Notes: generated by a model not told the origin, from the sequence alone. A DNA stretch of 64,000 nucleotides from an uncultured Chloroflexia bacterium (GCA_963828165.1 CAWHDR010000001.1:1504001-1568000), one strand, 5' to 3'. Counted from the first letter of the stretch, positions 1-10,036 are shown. A program made the numbers and translations.

Positions 1-1
1 G

Positions 2-568
2 GCGGCGACCGCCGCGCCCACGGCCACCACCGCGCCCGCGGCAGAGCCCGACGAGGACGACGGTTCAGCCAGGCCCGAGAAGGCGCCCAAGGGGCCGAAG
101 GCCAAGAAGGCCCCCGGGGTTGAGGTGACGATCAGCGGGACCATTGCGACCCGGACGGACGCCGACGGGAACACCGAGTACACGACCGTTGCCGGCGGCA
201 AGACTCTCGTTCTCGAAGCCGGTCCCTCCTGGTTCTTCGGCGCCAACCATCCGCTCAAGCCCTTCGTCGGCAAGCGCGTCACGATCACGGGAGAGCAGCG
301 CGCTGGCGAGGATGAGGTCGATGTCGAAGCCGTCGATGGGAAGCGCCTCCGCGCCGAGGGCAAGCCACCGTGGGCGGGCGGCTGGAAGCGTGTCGGAGAG
401 CGGCATCCCGGCTGGACCCAGGAGAAGTGGGACCGCTGGCAGACGAAGTTCGCCGACAAGGCCAAGGCGCTCGGCACCGACTGCTTCCCGCCCGGCCAGT
501 GCAAGGACAAGCCCGGCAAGGGCGGTGCCGACTCGGACGACTTGAGGGCGCCCGACGCCGGAGGCTGA
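2..568 (+). CDS. hypothetical protein with Pro/Ala/Thr linker and possible OB-fold-like domain (5'-truncated by window edge)
   Basis: Frame of ORF 125..568 is open back to position 2 (AATAAPTATTAPAAEPDEDD...). It continues into VTISGTI...LEAGPSWF...GKRVTITG, a beta-rich OB-like pattern. Confidence 0.6.
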   Translation, partial: AATAAPTATTAPAAEPDEDDGSARPEKAPKGPKAKKAPGVEVTISGTIATRTDADGNTEYTTVAGGKTLVLEAGPSWFFGANHPLKPFVGKRVTITGEQRAGEDEVDVEAVDGKRLRAEGKPPWAGGWKRVGERHPGWTQEKWDRWQTKFADKAKALGTDCFPPGQCKDKPGKGGADSDDLRAPDAGG

Positions 569-580
569 CCCACGTCACCG

Positions 581-749
581 GCGAGTCCCGACGCGAGACT
601 CCGCCACCGCCGCGTACCGACGCGAGACTCCGCCACCGTCGCGTCCCGACGCGAGACGCCGCCACCGCCGAGCCCCGACGCGGGAGTCCGCTATCGGTGA
701 GTCCCGACGGGAGATTCTATCGGCGAGTCCCGGCTCCAAGACTCCGCCA
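581..749. repeat. intergenic imperfect tandem repeat, 29-bp period, 5-6 copies, built on a GAGTC-N9-GACTC palindrome
   Basis: CCGACGCGAGAC-like core at 588, 617, 646, 675 and 704, with a degenerate copy near 730. First unit GAGTCCCGACGCGAGACTC (583-601) is an inverted repeat. Confidence 0.75.
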
Positions 750-969
750 AATGCTCGCGCCACGGAACCTTAGGCGGAGAATCGAACCGTGATCGATGGC
801 CTGCTCGGCCGGATCCCTGCGTGGTCCCGCACGATCAAGCCCGGCGACGACGCCAGAGCGCGCCGAAAGGCCGCCTAACGTTCCCCCCACGAACATTTGG
901 CGGACTTGTCGAGGCTTCGAGGCTGATCGCCACTGTGTCGCTGGGGACCCGCGCCGCTACGATGCCGGC

Positions 970-1782
970 ATGCGCCTGCCCGTGGCCCTGGTCCAGCTCG
1001 ATGCGACGGACGACGTCGACACCAACATCGCGACCGCCGCCAAGCTCGCGGCTGAGGCCGCCGCCGGTGGTGCCCGCCTCGTCGCCCTGCCGGAGTACCT
1101 GCAGTACCGCGGCGACGACGCTGGCTTCCGTGCCTCCGCACGACCCGTTCCTGGACCGCACACGGACGTTTTCTCCGAGGTCGCTCGCGAGCACGACGCC
1201 TGGATCCTCGTTGGCAGCCTCGCCGAGTCGTCAGGCGACGAGGCCCGCCCGCACAACACGAGCGTGCTGATCTCCCCGGATGGCTCGATCGCGGCGACGT
1301 ACCGGAAGATCCACCTGTTCGATGTCGCCGTGGACCAGGGCCCGGTCGATACGGAATCGGCCCGGGTCACCGCGGGCGAGGCGACCATCGTCGCCGATGT
1401 CGACGGAGTCGCCCTGGGCCTGTCGATCTGCTACGACCTGCGCTTCCCCGAGCTCTACCGATCGCTGGCGCTGGCCGGTGCTGAGGTGCTGACCGTTCCT
1501 GCGAACTTCACGGAACGGACCGGCCGCGATCACTGGGAAGTCCTCCTCCGCGCTCGAGCGATCGAGAATGGCGCCTGGGTCCTCGCGCCATCGCAGATCG
1601 GTGGGCCTCCAGGCGCGCCGGCGTTCGGTCGCTCGATGATCGTGGATCCGTGGGGCACGGTCGTGGCCCAGGCGCCGGACCGGGTCGGCATCATCCGGGC
1701 GGACGTGGAGACGGACCGCGTCGCCGCGGTCCGTCGTCAGATCCCTGTGCTGGCCAACCGGCGACCGGCGGCCTATCGCTGA
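970..1782 (+). CDS. carbon-nitrogen hydrolase (nitrilase superfamily, Nit1/deaminated glutathione amidase-like)
   Basis: Catalytic triad motifs LPEY, YRKIHLFD and ICYDLRFPE. Start placed at ATG 970, 6 nt after TACGAT. Confidence 0.9.
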   Translation: MRLPVALVQLDATDDVDTNIATAAKLAAEAAAGGARLVALPEYLQYRGDDAGFRASARPVPGPHTDVFSEVAREHDAWILVGSLAESSGDEARPHNTSVLISPDGSIAATYRKIHLFDVAVDQGPVDTESARVTAGEATIVADVDGVALGLSICYDLRFPELYRSLALAGAEVLTVPANFTERTGRDHWEVLLRARAIENGAWVLAPSQIGGPPGAPAFGRSMIVDPWGTVVAQAPDRVGIIRADVETDRVAAVRRQIPVLANRRPAAYR

Positions 1783-1796
1783 GCCCGAGGCCAGCC

Positions 1797-2951
1797 TCAG
1801 CGGATGAGCTGGACGCCGATCGACCCAGCATCGGTGATCGGACCACTGCCGACCGGACCCGACGTGATGTAGCGAACGAACCAACCGGCGAGACAGCTGC
1901 TGCTGCCGTTGCCGGCGATCGGCATGAGGGTCGTGCCGTTTCCCTGGCACGCGGCGTTGCTCCCACCGTTCTGATCCGACATATAGTCGAGGTAGAACGC
2001 GGTCACCCGGATGATGTGATAGACGGCCTTGCTTCCCCCGGTCGTGATGCATTCGCCGTCGCAGATCGGGATCAGGACCACTCTGCCGCTGAGCTTGTTG
2101 ACCTCGTCAACCATCTTCTTGGCGCAGTTGTTGCCGTTGTCCGAGGCGACATCCGCCGGGAAGGTGGCGAACTGGATGGCGGGAGGGTTGGTGACCTCGT
2201 CGTCGCAGTTGTTCGGCGTGCCGTCGAGGTCGAGGATCATGAACGAGCCGCCACCGGTCTTGCACAGGGGCACGATGTACTCCTGCCCGATCGGCGGATT
2301 GCCCGGCTGACTCATCTCCCAGTCGGCCTCGCTCGTGCCCAGGTCGCCGTTCTTCTCGCAGTCGGCGATGTTGACCGGGAACACGACGGGGAGGAATTGG
2401 CCGCCCGCCAGCGGGCCGGCGATCGCGGTTGCATCCGCGGAGGCCCTGAACTGGTTGATGCCGATCACCCGGGCGAACGCCGTGTCGAACAACTGATTGC
2501 CACCGGCGTGGACGCCCGAGGTCTCGCCGGGCATGACGCCATCGCCGACACGCGCGGCAGATGCCGTGCTGGTGACGACCGTATTGCCCGGGCTGAGGAG
2601 CTGGCCGGCCCGGTTCGTGTAGTAGGCGGCGACCGAGTCGAGCTGATTGGCGGTTGCGATCGAATTGACGGCGATCGCGACATCGGCGTCGGTCTTAGTC
2701 CCTCCGCCGAGCTGCTGGGCGATGACGGTGGCGCCGGCGTTCGCCACCGCGTCCGCCGCGTTCTGCACGCCACGCTGGTGGGCGTAGGCGTTGCCACCAT
2801 CGAGGATCAGGGCGACGCCGCCGATCATCGAGATCATCGCGATGACCGCCACGACGAGGATCTGGCCACGGGGCCGACTTCTCGGGCGCCTTGGCGTTGT
2901 CTGGTCCATGTTGGCCTCTGTCTTTCGGTGGTGGAAGGGATTCCGGGTCAT
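1797..2951 (-). CDS. TadG-like Flp pilus-associated protein
   Basis: RGQILVVAVIAMISMIGGVALILDGGNAYAHQRGVQNAADAVANAGA matches the Tad N-terminal signature. Cys-rich C-terminal domain. ATGA overlap with upstream gene. Confidence 0.85.
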   Translation of the reverse strand: MTRNPFHHRKTEANMDQTTPRRPRSRPRGQILVVAVIAMISMIGGVALILDGGNAYAHQRGVQNAADAVANAGATVIAQQLGGGTKTDADVAIAVNSIATANQLDSVAAYYTNRAGQLLSPGNTVVTSTASAARVGDGVMPGETSGVHAGGNQLFDTAFARVIGINQFRASADATAIAGPLAGGQFLPVVFPVNIADCEKNGDLGTSEADWEMSQPGNPPIGQEYIVPLCKTGGGSFMILDLDGTPNNCDDEVTNPPAIQFATFPADVASDNGNNCAKKMVDEVNKLSGRVVLIPICDGECITTGGSKAVYHIIRVTAFYLDYMSDQNGGSNAACQGNGTTLMPIAGNGSSSCLAGWFVRYITSGPVGSGPITDAGSIGVQLIR

Positions 2952-3454
2952 GGCTGCTTCGGGCAGTTCAAGGCCGCCACGCCGTCAGTCGGGGTCAGCG
3001 GGCAGCTGTACTCGACTGACAACACCGAGGTTGCCTCGAACGTCACGCCGTTCTTGAACAGGATGTTGCTGACGAATGGGGTGATCGGGAAATACGTGGC
3101 CTCGAAGGACACGACGGCCAGACAGCCGACGGCGACGAGCGCGCATTGCTTGGAGGTATCGGGTGTGCCGTCGGTCTTGACCTGGTAGAAGTCGATCTCG
3201 ACGCTTGGGTCGCTGAGCTCGACGATCACCGTCTGGTCCTTCGCCCTCTTGATGATGCTGGGCTCGTACTGGTTGACGATCGCCATACGGGCGCCCTCGC
3301 GGGCAGCGTTGGTCAGGGTGTTGTAGGCAAAGACCGCGCGGCCGAGATCGAAGATCGCGACGAGGAGGAGCAGGAAGAGCGGGATGATCAGCGCGAATTC
3401 GACGAGGGCCTGGCCTCGGCGGCGCCGAGCGTTGTCGCGGCCGAAGATCTTCAT
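2948..3454 (-). CDS. TadE-like pseudopilin
   Basis: RRGQALVEFALIIP...NAAREGARMA. Start at 3454 gives an ATGA overlap with the upstream stop. Confidence 0.9.
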   Translation of the reverse strand: MKIFGRDNARRRRGQALVEFALIIPLFLLLLVAIFDLGRAVFAYNTLTNAAREGARMAIVNQYEPSIIKRAKDQTVIVELSDPSVEIDFYQVKTDGTPDTSKQCALVAVGCLAVVSFEATYFPITPFVSNILFKNGVTFEATSVLSVEYSCPLTPTDGVAALNCPKQP

Positions 3455-4656
3455 GGCCGGTTCACCACCACAGCGCTGTTGCACGGGACTTGGGAGGACG
3501 CGACGATGGACTGGGTCGTGATCGTGTAATTACCGCTGGGTGCGCCTGGCCCATCCGAAACGGTCCCGGTGAAGCCGGCGCCGGTCCACACCCCCTGCGC
3601 GGAGTTGCGCTTGACCCCATTGAGTGAAGGCGCCGTGCACAGGCCCGAGGCCACCGTGACGTAGTTGACCTTCGTGTGCGTCACATCGCCCGTCGGGTAT
3701 GTGACGGTCAAGGAGACCGTGTAGGTGCCCGCGGTGTTGTACGTGTGGCTCGTGGTCGCGCCGGTGCCGGTGCCCTGGCCCGTCCCGAAGTCCCAGGCGT
3801 AGGCCGTCCCTCCCGGGGTGGATGTGCTCGTGAAGTTGACCGCCAGCGGGGGAGCACCGCTGTTTTGATTCGTGGTGAAGTTCACCGTGGAGACCGCGGT
3901 GACCGTCACGCCCATCGTGGCGGTGCTGGAGCCGAGCGAGTTCGTGGCCGTCATCGTCACGAGGTAGGTGCCGGGAACGATGAACACATGGCCCAGTGGA
4001 TCCTGCAAGGTCGAGTTGGGGGAACCGTCGTTGAAGTCCCAAAGCCAGCTCGTCGGGTTGCCACCTGAGGTGTCGCGGAATACGACGGTGAAAGGAGCGG
4101 GGCCGCTTAGTGCCGAAGGCGCCACGTCCCCGTTCCCGGTGAATGCTGCATTGGGTGGACTTCCGCTCGTCGTGTTGTCAGTGGCAGTCATGCCGGTCTT
4201 GACGGGGAAGACCGCCGTAGAGGAGACGGCCACGGATCCGCCCAGGATGTTGGAGATGCCTGGGGTGATGATCCCGAAGGTGCACGTGAGCCCCACGTGC
4301 GCCTCGTCGCCGAGGTCCTGGCCGGTGAAGGTCGGAGCCGGCGCCGTCTGGACGCCGCCGACCAGCGGGAGCTTGCAGTTGTTGGCGGCCGCGTCGTTTT
4401 TGATCTGGGCCTGGTAGCGAGCCTTGATCGCCGCATCGCCCGATCCCGACCACGCCTGCGGGTTGTTGGCCGCAAGGTTGGCGCCGATGCGCGCCATGCT
4501 CTGGAGGTTGATCCAGCCCAGGTACACGCGACCGAAGTCGAGCGCGATCAGCGTCAGCATCAGGATGATGGGCAGGACGAGCGCGAACTCGACGAGGCTC
4601 TGGCCTCGCGATCTGCGATCGCCGCGACCGCGTCGGGGGATGTTGGGGAGGCGCAT
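3451..4656 (-). CDS. TadE-like pseudopilin fused to two PKD domains and a C-terminal PASTA-like segment
   Basis: RGQSLVEFALVLP. PKD motifs WLWDFNDGS...PGTYLVTMTATN and YAWDFGTG...SHTYNTAGTYTVSLTVT. Confidence 0.85.
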   Translation of the reverse strand: MRLPNIPRRGRGDRRSRGQSLVEFALVLPIILMLTLIALDFGRVYLGWINLQSMARIGANLAANNPQAWSGSGDAAIKARYQAQIKNDAAANNCKLPLVGGVQTAPAPTFTGQDLGDEAHVGLTCTFGIITPGISNILGGSVAVSSTAVFPVKTGMTATDNTTSGSPPNAAFTGNGDVAPSALSGPAPFTVVFRDTSGGNPTSWLWDFNDGSPNSTLQDPLGHVFIVPGTYLVTMTATNSLGSSTATMGVTVTAVSTVNFTTNQNSGAPPLAVNFTSTSTPGGTAYAWDFGTGQGTGTGATTSHTYNTAGTYTVSLTVTYPTGDVTHTKVNYVTVASGLCTAPSLNGVKRNSAQGVWTGAGFTGTVSDGPGAPSGNYTITTQSIVASSQVPCNSAVVVNRP

Positions 4657-4906
4657 ACAAGGGATCCTTGGAGTACGGGTTCGGAGGTGTGTCACCGATG
4701 CTCGGCGAAGCACCTTTCACGGTCCCTTGAAACGGTGCGAGCGTGCATAGCCCGGACGGGTCACGGGCGGGGGCGAGATAGTCCGGCCCGGGTCCTGCCT
4801 CGACGGCCCTCCGACTGCCCGCGACTACCCTCAATGCCAGCGATGCCCGCCTGAATCGAAAGAGCCGCGCCCCCGACGCGGCCCTTCCATTCCCCCGGAC
4901 GCCAGA

Positions 4907-5923
4907 TCAGTTGCTCAGCTTGATCACATAGCTGCCGTGGAACATGCCGGCGCAGGTGGTATCGGAGATCGCGCATACATCGCTTGCCGATGCGCTGCGA
5001 GTGATGCCGGTCAAGAAGTAGCCCGAGATGGTGCCCTCGTCCCCGCCGCCGCGCTTGGTCGCGCTGACGACGTGGAACAGCGCCCACCCGCGGAAACAAC
5101 CAGTGGTATGCGATCCGTCGGACACACCGCCGGCGGAGAAGCAATACGGTTCGCCCGGGATCGGCGGGCCGACGATCGGAACCGCGACGTCGCGGCCCGC
5201 GAGGGTCGTGTTGATGCTGGGCTGGCTCGGGCTGTTGGTGTCGAACAGCGCGTTGTGAACGCCGTTGTTGCTCTGACCGATGTACTGATTCAGGATCAGA
5301 TCACCGTTGATCGGCGCGCTTCCGTCGAGCGCGTCCTTGACGTCATTCGTCGAGACATTGCCCGTACCGAGATTCGTCCAGGCGACGTTCAGGACCGCCA
5401 GCGGGCTGTCGCTGCCCTGGCCGGTGGTCTTCTCGAAATCGGTCGTGTGCGTGTAGATCTCGAAGGGGAGCCCGGTCACCGGATCGAAGACTTCCTGGCT
5501 GAGGATGAACGGCGCGACGCCGATGAACTTCGTCGGGATGCCCGTCAACGCAGTCGCGGTCACGCTGACCTGCCACGTTCCCTGACCTACGACGCCTGCG
5601 AAGAAGTTCTGGTGCGGCGCGCCGATCTCGACCGTGACCGTCTTCGGCGTCAGGACGACGTTGACGTTCACGCCACCCGTCCCATGCTCGTAGCCGTTGT
5701 CCGTTGCCATGGAGAGGGCCGCGGCGGTCGGGTCCTTGCCATTCAGCAGGGCGTTGGCTCCCGCAAAGGCGGCAAGGTCCGCAGCATTCTGCTCGCTGCG
5801 TCGCTGGGCGAATGCGAAACCACCGTCGATCACGAGACCGACACCGGCCACGATCGCCACCAGGGCGAGCGCGAACAGCACCATGATCTGGCCGGGCTGT
5901 CGCGGCTTAGTGGATCTGGGCAC
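4907..5923 (-). CDS. TadG-like Flp pilus-associated protein (paralog of 1797..2951)
   Basis: GQIMVLFALALVAIVAGVGLVIDGGFAFAQRRSEQNAADLAAFAGA. Confidence 0.85.
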   Translation of the reverse strand: MPRSTKPRQPGQIMVLFALALVAIVAGVGLVIDGGFAFAQRRSEQNAADLAAFAGANALLNGKDPTAAALSMATDNGYEHGTGGVNVNVVLTPKTVTVEIGAPHQNFFAGVVGQGTWQVSVTATALTGIPTKFIGVAPFILSQEVFDPVTGLPFEIYTHTTDFEKTTGQGSDSPLAVLNVAWTNLGTGNVSTNDVKDALDGSAPINGDLILNQYIGQSNNGVHNALFDTNSPSQPSINTTLAGRDVAVPIVGPPIPGEPYCFSAGGVSDGSHTTGCFRGWALFHVVSATKRGGGDEGTISGYFLTGITRSASASDVCAISDTTCAGMFHGSYVIKLSN

Positions 5924-6356
5924 TGCTGCTTCCCTTCATGGTCCACGTCCCGATGAGTCCGAGAAGTGGTGTGACGGCCCGATATGGAGCCGTGATCGTG
6001 ACCTGGACGGAATGCTTGCTGAAATCGCAGGGATCCGGCGCTACCGGGGCCCCGGCGTCATCGATACACATGTATGTCGGGTTACCGAGGGCGGGGATCA
6101 AGGACTTCTGCGTGGCGACGACGGCTGCCGTTTCCGCGCTCGCCGGCGACCCGGGGTTGCATGTGAGGGCGTCCGGTACCACGCAAGGGTGGACACTCGT
6201 GACCCGGGCGATCTCCCGCGCCGCTTGTGACACGCCGTTGAACTTGTAGACGGCCATCCCAAAATCCACGACGCCCATCAGGAGCACCAGGAAGATGACG
6301 ATGGTGAGCGAGAACTCCACGAGGCCCTGGCCTCGCTGCTCATCCCGGGTTCTCAT
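5907..6356 (-). CDS. TadE-like pseudopilin
   Basis: RGQGLVEFSLTIVIF...QAAREIARVT. ATG 6356 overlaps the upstream stop (ATGA). Confidence 0.85.
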   Translation of the reverse strand: MRTRDEQRGQGLVEFSLTIVIFLVLLMGVVDFGMAVYKFNGVSQAAREIARVTSVHPCVVPDALTCNPGSPASAETAAVVATQKSLIPALGNPTYMCIDDAGAPVAPDPCDFSKHSVQVTITAPYRAVTPLLGLIGTWTMKGSSSAQIH

Positions 6357-7363
6357 GGCGCGTTGACCGTCTGGGTGACGGCGACGGAGCATCCCGGCTT
6401 CGTGACCGTGAGCGTGACCGAGTGCGGGCCACTGCTCGGGAAGTTGATGTTGTTCAGGTTCTGACCAGAGCCCGTGATGGCTCCCGTCCAAGCCCAGGTC
6501 CAGCCGCCCGAGCCATCCGAGACGCTACCCGCGAGATTCATGCGATGCGGGTTGCCCCCGTTCGAGCGATCCGTTGCGGTGAACGAAGCCGTGGGGCAGA
6601 CGGGCCCTGGGCCACTGCCCGTGACGGTGATGGTCTCCTGCGCCGTGTCCGTCTGTCCGCGGCTGTCGGTGACCGTCAGCACGATGGTGTAGGTACCGGC
6701 GGCCGAATACGTGGTGAATGACGTCACGCCCGTCTTGGCGAAGCTCCACGAGTACGAGACGATCGTCGCGCCGACCGCCGATGATGCAGAGGCATTGACG
6801 TCGACCCGGAGATTCGGTGGCACGGATCCGGTTGTCGGGCTGGCCGTGAAGGCGGCCGTGGGCGCAGGGAGTGCGGGGAAGGTCACCCGGGGGACGACGA
6901 GGCACTCGGCGTCGGCGGTTGCTCCCAGGATCAGGTTGCTGCCGACGATGCTGGCGATGATCGGTGTCAGCAGGCGGAATGGCGACTCGACCGAGACAGC
7001 GACCTTCGGCGGGGTCCCACTTGCCGGGTACATGGCGTCCTTCACGCACACGGCCGGCGTCAGGTCCACCTTCGTCCGATCGACTTCCACGAAGCCGCCA
7101 TCTGCTTCGGTCAGCACGCCGCACATCACTGTGTTGGCGTCACTGCAGCCTTGATTGGCCTGGAAGGTGCCGCCCTGCGAAGCGACGAGGGCCCCTTCCT
7201 TGGCGGCATTCGTGATCGTGATCTGCGCGTAGAGCAGCCGTCCGAGGTCGAGCGCCGAAAGGAGCAGGATCAGAAAGACCGGGGCGATCAGCGCCAGCTC
7301 GACGACGCTCTGGCCACGGGTTCGCCTGCGACGACTGGGCATCACAAACAATCTCGGCATCAA
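6353..7363 (-). CDS. TadE-like pseudopilin fused to PKD domains
   Basis: RGQSVVELALIAP...NAAKEGALVA. PKD-like PTAAFTASP...YSWSF...TYSAAGTYTIVLTVTD, plus a second PKD-like repeat. Confidence 0.85.
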   Translation of the reverse strand: MMPRLFVMPSRRRRTRGQSVVELALIAPVFLILLLSALDLGRLLYAQITITNAAKEGALVASQGGTFQANQGCSDANTVMCGVLTEADGGFVEVDRTKVDLTPAVCVKDAMYPASGTPPKVAVSVESPFRLLTPIIASIVGSNLILGATADAECLVVPRVTFPALPAPTAAFTASPTTGSVPPNLRVDVNASASSAVGATIVSYSWSFAKTGVTSFTTYSAAGTYTIVLTVTDSRGQTDTAQETITVTGSGPGPVCPTASFTATDRSNGGNPHRMNLAGSVSDGSGGWTWAWTGAITGSGQNLNNINFPSSGPHSVTLTVTKPGCSVAVTQTVNAP

Positions 7364-7529
7364 GTCCCCCGACAGATTGGTACGAAAGTCCCACGCATGG
7401 TGCCATGGTGACCTTTCACGCGACCTTACGGGCGGTGCGGCAGCGCGCCGAGGATGGCCCGACCGGCGGGTACCTCAGGGGACCTCTAGGTCAGTTGGCA
7501 CGGGTCGATCCAGGCAGCACCATCCGCAC

Positions 7530-7757
7530 ATGACCAAGCGCATCGTTGCCGCGTTCCTGTGGTTCTACGCCGGCTGGTATGCCGGGGCCCTGATCGCCGA
7601 GTTCGTCGGTGTCAGCGCCCTGCTGGGTCCGATCATCGGTGCCGCCGCGGCCGGCCTGATCGTCGGCGACCCGCGCCGGATGATCTGGTCTGCCCGGGCT
7701 CCACGAACGTCGTCCGCGAAGGCAGCCGCTCCCGAGGGGCTCCCCGACCCCGCCTGA
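7530..7757 (+). CDS. small two-TM membrane protein
   Basis: MTKRIVAAFLWFYAGWYAGALIAEFVGVSALLGPIIGAAAAGLIVGDP. Divergent from the Tad cluster. Confidence 0.65.
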   Translation: MTKRIVAAFLWFYAGWYAGALIAEFVGVSALLGPIIGAAAAGLIVGDPRRMIWSARAPRTSSAKAAAPEGLPDPA

Positions 7758-7790
7758 CCACTCGACCGTACCAACCCAAGCTGGGGGGAA

Positions 7791-7816
7791 CCGCCGGGCC
7801 TACCAAGGCCCGGCGG
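7791..7816. terminator. GC hairpin between convergent genes (probable bidirectional terminator)
   Basis: CCGCCGGGCCT-ACCA-AGGCCCGGCGG, a perfect 11-bp stem. No long U tract. Confidence 0.6.
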
Positions 7817-7827
7817 ATCTGCGTCTG

Positions 7828-9312
7828 TCAGCCTTCGTCGCCCGGCTCGCCGGGTAGCACGATGGTGAACGCCGCGCCCCGGGCCACGGCCTCCGCCCCG
7901 CCCCTGCCCGTCTCCCCGTTCCCGGCCCCTGGCCCGCCAGCAGGCTCCAGGATCAATTCCCCGCCCATCGCCCGGCACAGCTCACGCGAGACGTACAGGC
8001 CCAGGCCGCTCCCACCGTCCGATCCGGCCTCCTCCCCGCGCGCGAACCGCACGAACAACCGGTCACGGTCCGCCTCCTTGATGCCGGGTCCGCGGTCTTC
8101 GATGGTGAGCCGGACCGTTCGGTCCGCCTCGTCGGCGACGATCTTCGCCTCAACCGGGGTGCCGCCCCCGTATTTGACGGCATTGTCCAGGAGCGCCCAC
8201 AGGACCTGGTCGAGCTGGTCCGCGTCGGCGACGGCCAGCCAGCCTTCGGCGCCGTCCTCGAGCTCGAAGGGCACGTCGTCCACGCCAAGCGCCTCCCAGG
8301 CCTTGCGCGCGCGCGTCGACAGCGACACGACCTCGGTCCGTGGCTTGAGGGCGCCGGACTCCAGGCGGGTCACGGTCAGCAGTTGCCGGACCATGCGCGA
8401 CAGCCGCTCGGACTGCTCCGCGATGATCCCCAGCCGTCGATCGGGCGGGGCCAGCTCCTCGCTCAGCTGTTCCGCGTAGGCCCGGATGCTCGTGAGCGGC
8501 GTCTGGAGGTTGTGGCTCACGCCGCGCAGGAAGTCGTCCTTGGCCTCGTCGAGCTCCAGCAGCTGACGGTTCTGCGACTCCACGGTCGCGAAGAGCTGGG
8601 CGTTTCGGATGGCCGCGGCCATCGCGTTGGCGAAGAGCTCCAGCAGGTCCTGGTCCGCGGGCTCCCAGCGGCGGGTCGCCGGCAGCCGCCCGATCAGCAC
8701 CCCGATATCCGTCCCGCCGGCCCGCATGACTGCACGCAGGGGCCGCGAGACACCCGGGACGACCTCCTCTTCGTCGACGATCGACGAATCGCCGACCACG
8801 ACGGTCGCATCGATCAACGCGAACGCCGACGTCGCATCCGACGACGTCCGATCGACCAGCGCCTCAACGTCGTCGCGTGGCGAGACCTCGTCGATCGCCG
8901 CGAGGATCCGCCCGAGCTCCCGGTTGCGTCGCCCGAGGTCCGCGGCCAGTCGATTGTGGCTGTCGGCCAATCGTGCGAACTCGTCGTCGCCGGCGACCCG
9001 GATCGGGGTCGAGAGGTCGCCGGTCGACACTCGGTCCACGGCCGCCACGACGGAGCGGAGCGGGGCGGTCAGCTCGGTCGCCAGGGCATACGACGCAAAG
9101 ATCGCGAACGCCAGCACGATGGCGATCGCGAAGAGCAGGACCCGGCCGATCGTCTCGTCGGTGACCTGGAGCCGGAACGTCGTCTCGAGGACCAGCACGA
9201 CCAGCCCGAACGTGGCCAGCGGGAGCACCGACGCCACGATGAACGCGACCGTGAGCCGGGACCGGAAACTCAGCCGTGGCGCGGGTTCGGCTGGGCGCTC
9301 GTCCTCAGTCAC
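7828..9312 (-). CDS. sensor histidine kinase (2 TM, HAMP, GAF-like, HisKA, HATPase_c)
   Basis: H-box VSHNLQTPLTSI, N-box LLDNAVKY, G boxes DRGPGI and GSGLGL. GTG 9312 overlaps the regulator's 3' end. Confidence 0.9.
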   Translation of the reverse strand: MTEDERPAEPAPRLSFRSRLTVAFIVASVLPLATFGLVVLVLETTFRLQVTDETIGRVLLFAIAIVLAFAIFASYALATELTAPLRSVVAAVDRVSTGDLSTPIRVAGDDEFARLADSHNRLAADLGRRNRELGRILAAIDEVSPRDDVEALVDRTSSDATSAFALIDATVVVGDSSIVDEEEVVPGVSRPLRAVMRAGGTDIGVLIGRLPATRRWEPADQDLLELFANAMAAAIRNAQLFATVESQNRQLLELDEAKDDFLRGVSHNLQTPLTSIRAYAEQLSEELAPPDRRLGIIAEQSERLSRMVRQLLTVTRLESGALKPRTEVVSLSTRARKAWEALGVDDVPFELEDGAEGWLAVADADQLDQVLWALLDNAVKYGGGTPVEAKIVADEADRTVRLTIEDRGPGIKEADRDRLFVRFARGEEAGSDGGSGLGLYVSRELCRAMGGELILEPAGGPGAGNGETGRGGAEAVARGAAFTIVLPGEPGDEG

Positions 9313-10036
9313 CGGGCGCGCTCGTCGGGCTGCCGGGTGACGCCACCAGTCGATAGCCCACGCCGCGCACGGTCTGGACGTGCATCGGCCGGTTCGCGTC
9401 CACCTCGACCTTCTGGCGGAGGCGTCGCATCGTGACCCAGACGTAGGACGGATCGGCGTCTTCGGTCTCGGCCCAGCCCCTGGCGAGGAGCGTCTCGGTC
9501 GTGACGACCTGGCCGATGTTCGCGGCGAGGGCGTAGAGCAGCCGAGACTCGGTCGGGGTGAGCTGGACGACCTGCCCACGGACGGTCGCCTCGCGCCGGT
9601 GGAGGTCGAGCGTCAGGTCGGGGCCAAGGTCCAGGCTCTGGCGGGGGACCTTGTCGCCGAGGCGCCGAAGGACGCGATTGATGCGCGCCCGGAGCTCCGG
9701 ATAGTGATACGGCTTCGTGACGTAGTCCTCGGCGACCTCCTCGAGCAGGTCGGCCTTCGAATCGCCGGCGTCGATGGCGGAGAGCACGATGATCGGCAGG
9801 TCGGCATGCGTCTTGATCTCGCGCGCGAGGGTCAGGCCGTCCATGCGCGGCATCATCATGTCCACGATGAGCAGGTCCGGCCAACCGGCACGCAGCCGGC
9901 GGAGCGCCTCGTCCCCATCGCGCGCAGTGGCGATCTCGTAGCCGTCCGCGCGTAGCTGGTCGGCCAGCAATACGAGCAGGTTCGGGTCGTCATCGACGAT
10001 GAGGATCCGGGGGGCTGGTCCGCCGCCGCTCAGCAT
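9305..10036 (-). CDS. OmpR/KdpE-family response regulator
   Basis: ILIVDDD, LLIVDMMMPRMDG, DYVTKPY. Winged helix LTPTESRLL...QTVRGVGYRL. Confidence 0.92.
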   Translation of the reverse strand: MLSGGGPAPRILIVDDDPNLLVLLADQLRADGYEIATARDGDEALRRLRAGWPDLLIVDMMMPRMDGLTLAREIKTHADLPIIVLSAIDAGDSKADLLEEVAEDYVTKPYHYPELRARINRVLRRLGDKVPRQSLDLGPDLTLDLHRREATVRGQVVQLTPTESRLLYALAANIGQVVTTETLLARGWAETEDADPSYVWVTMRRLRQKVEVDANRPMHVQTVRGVGYRLVASPGSPTSAPGD

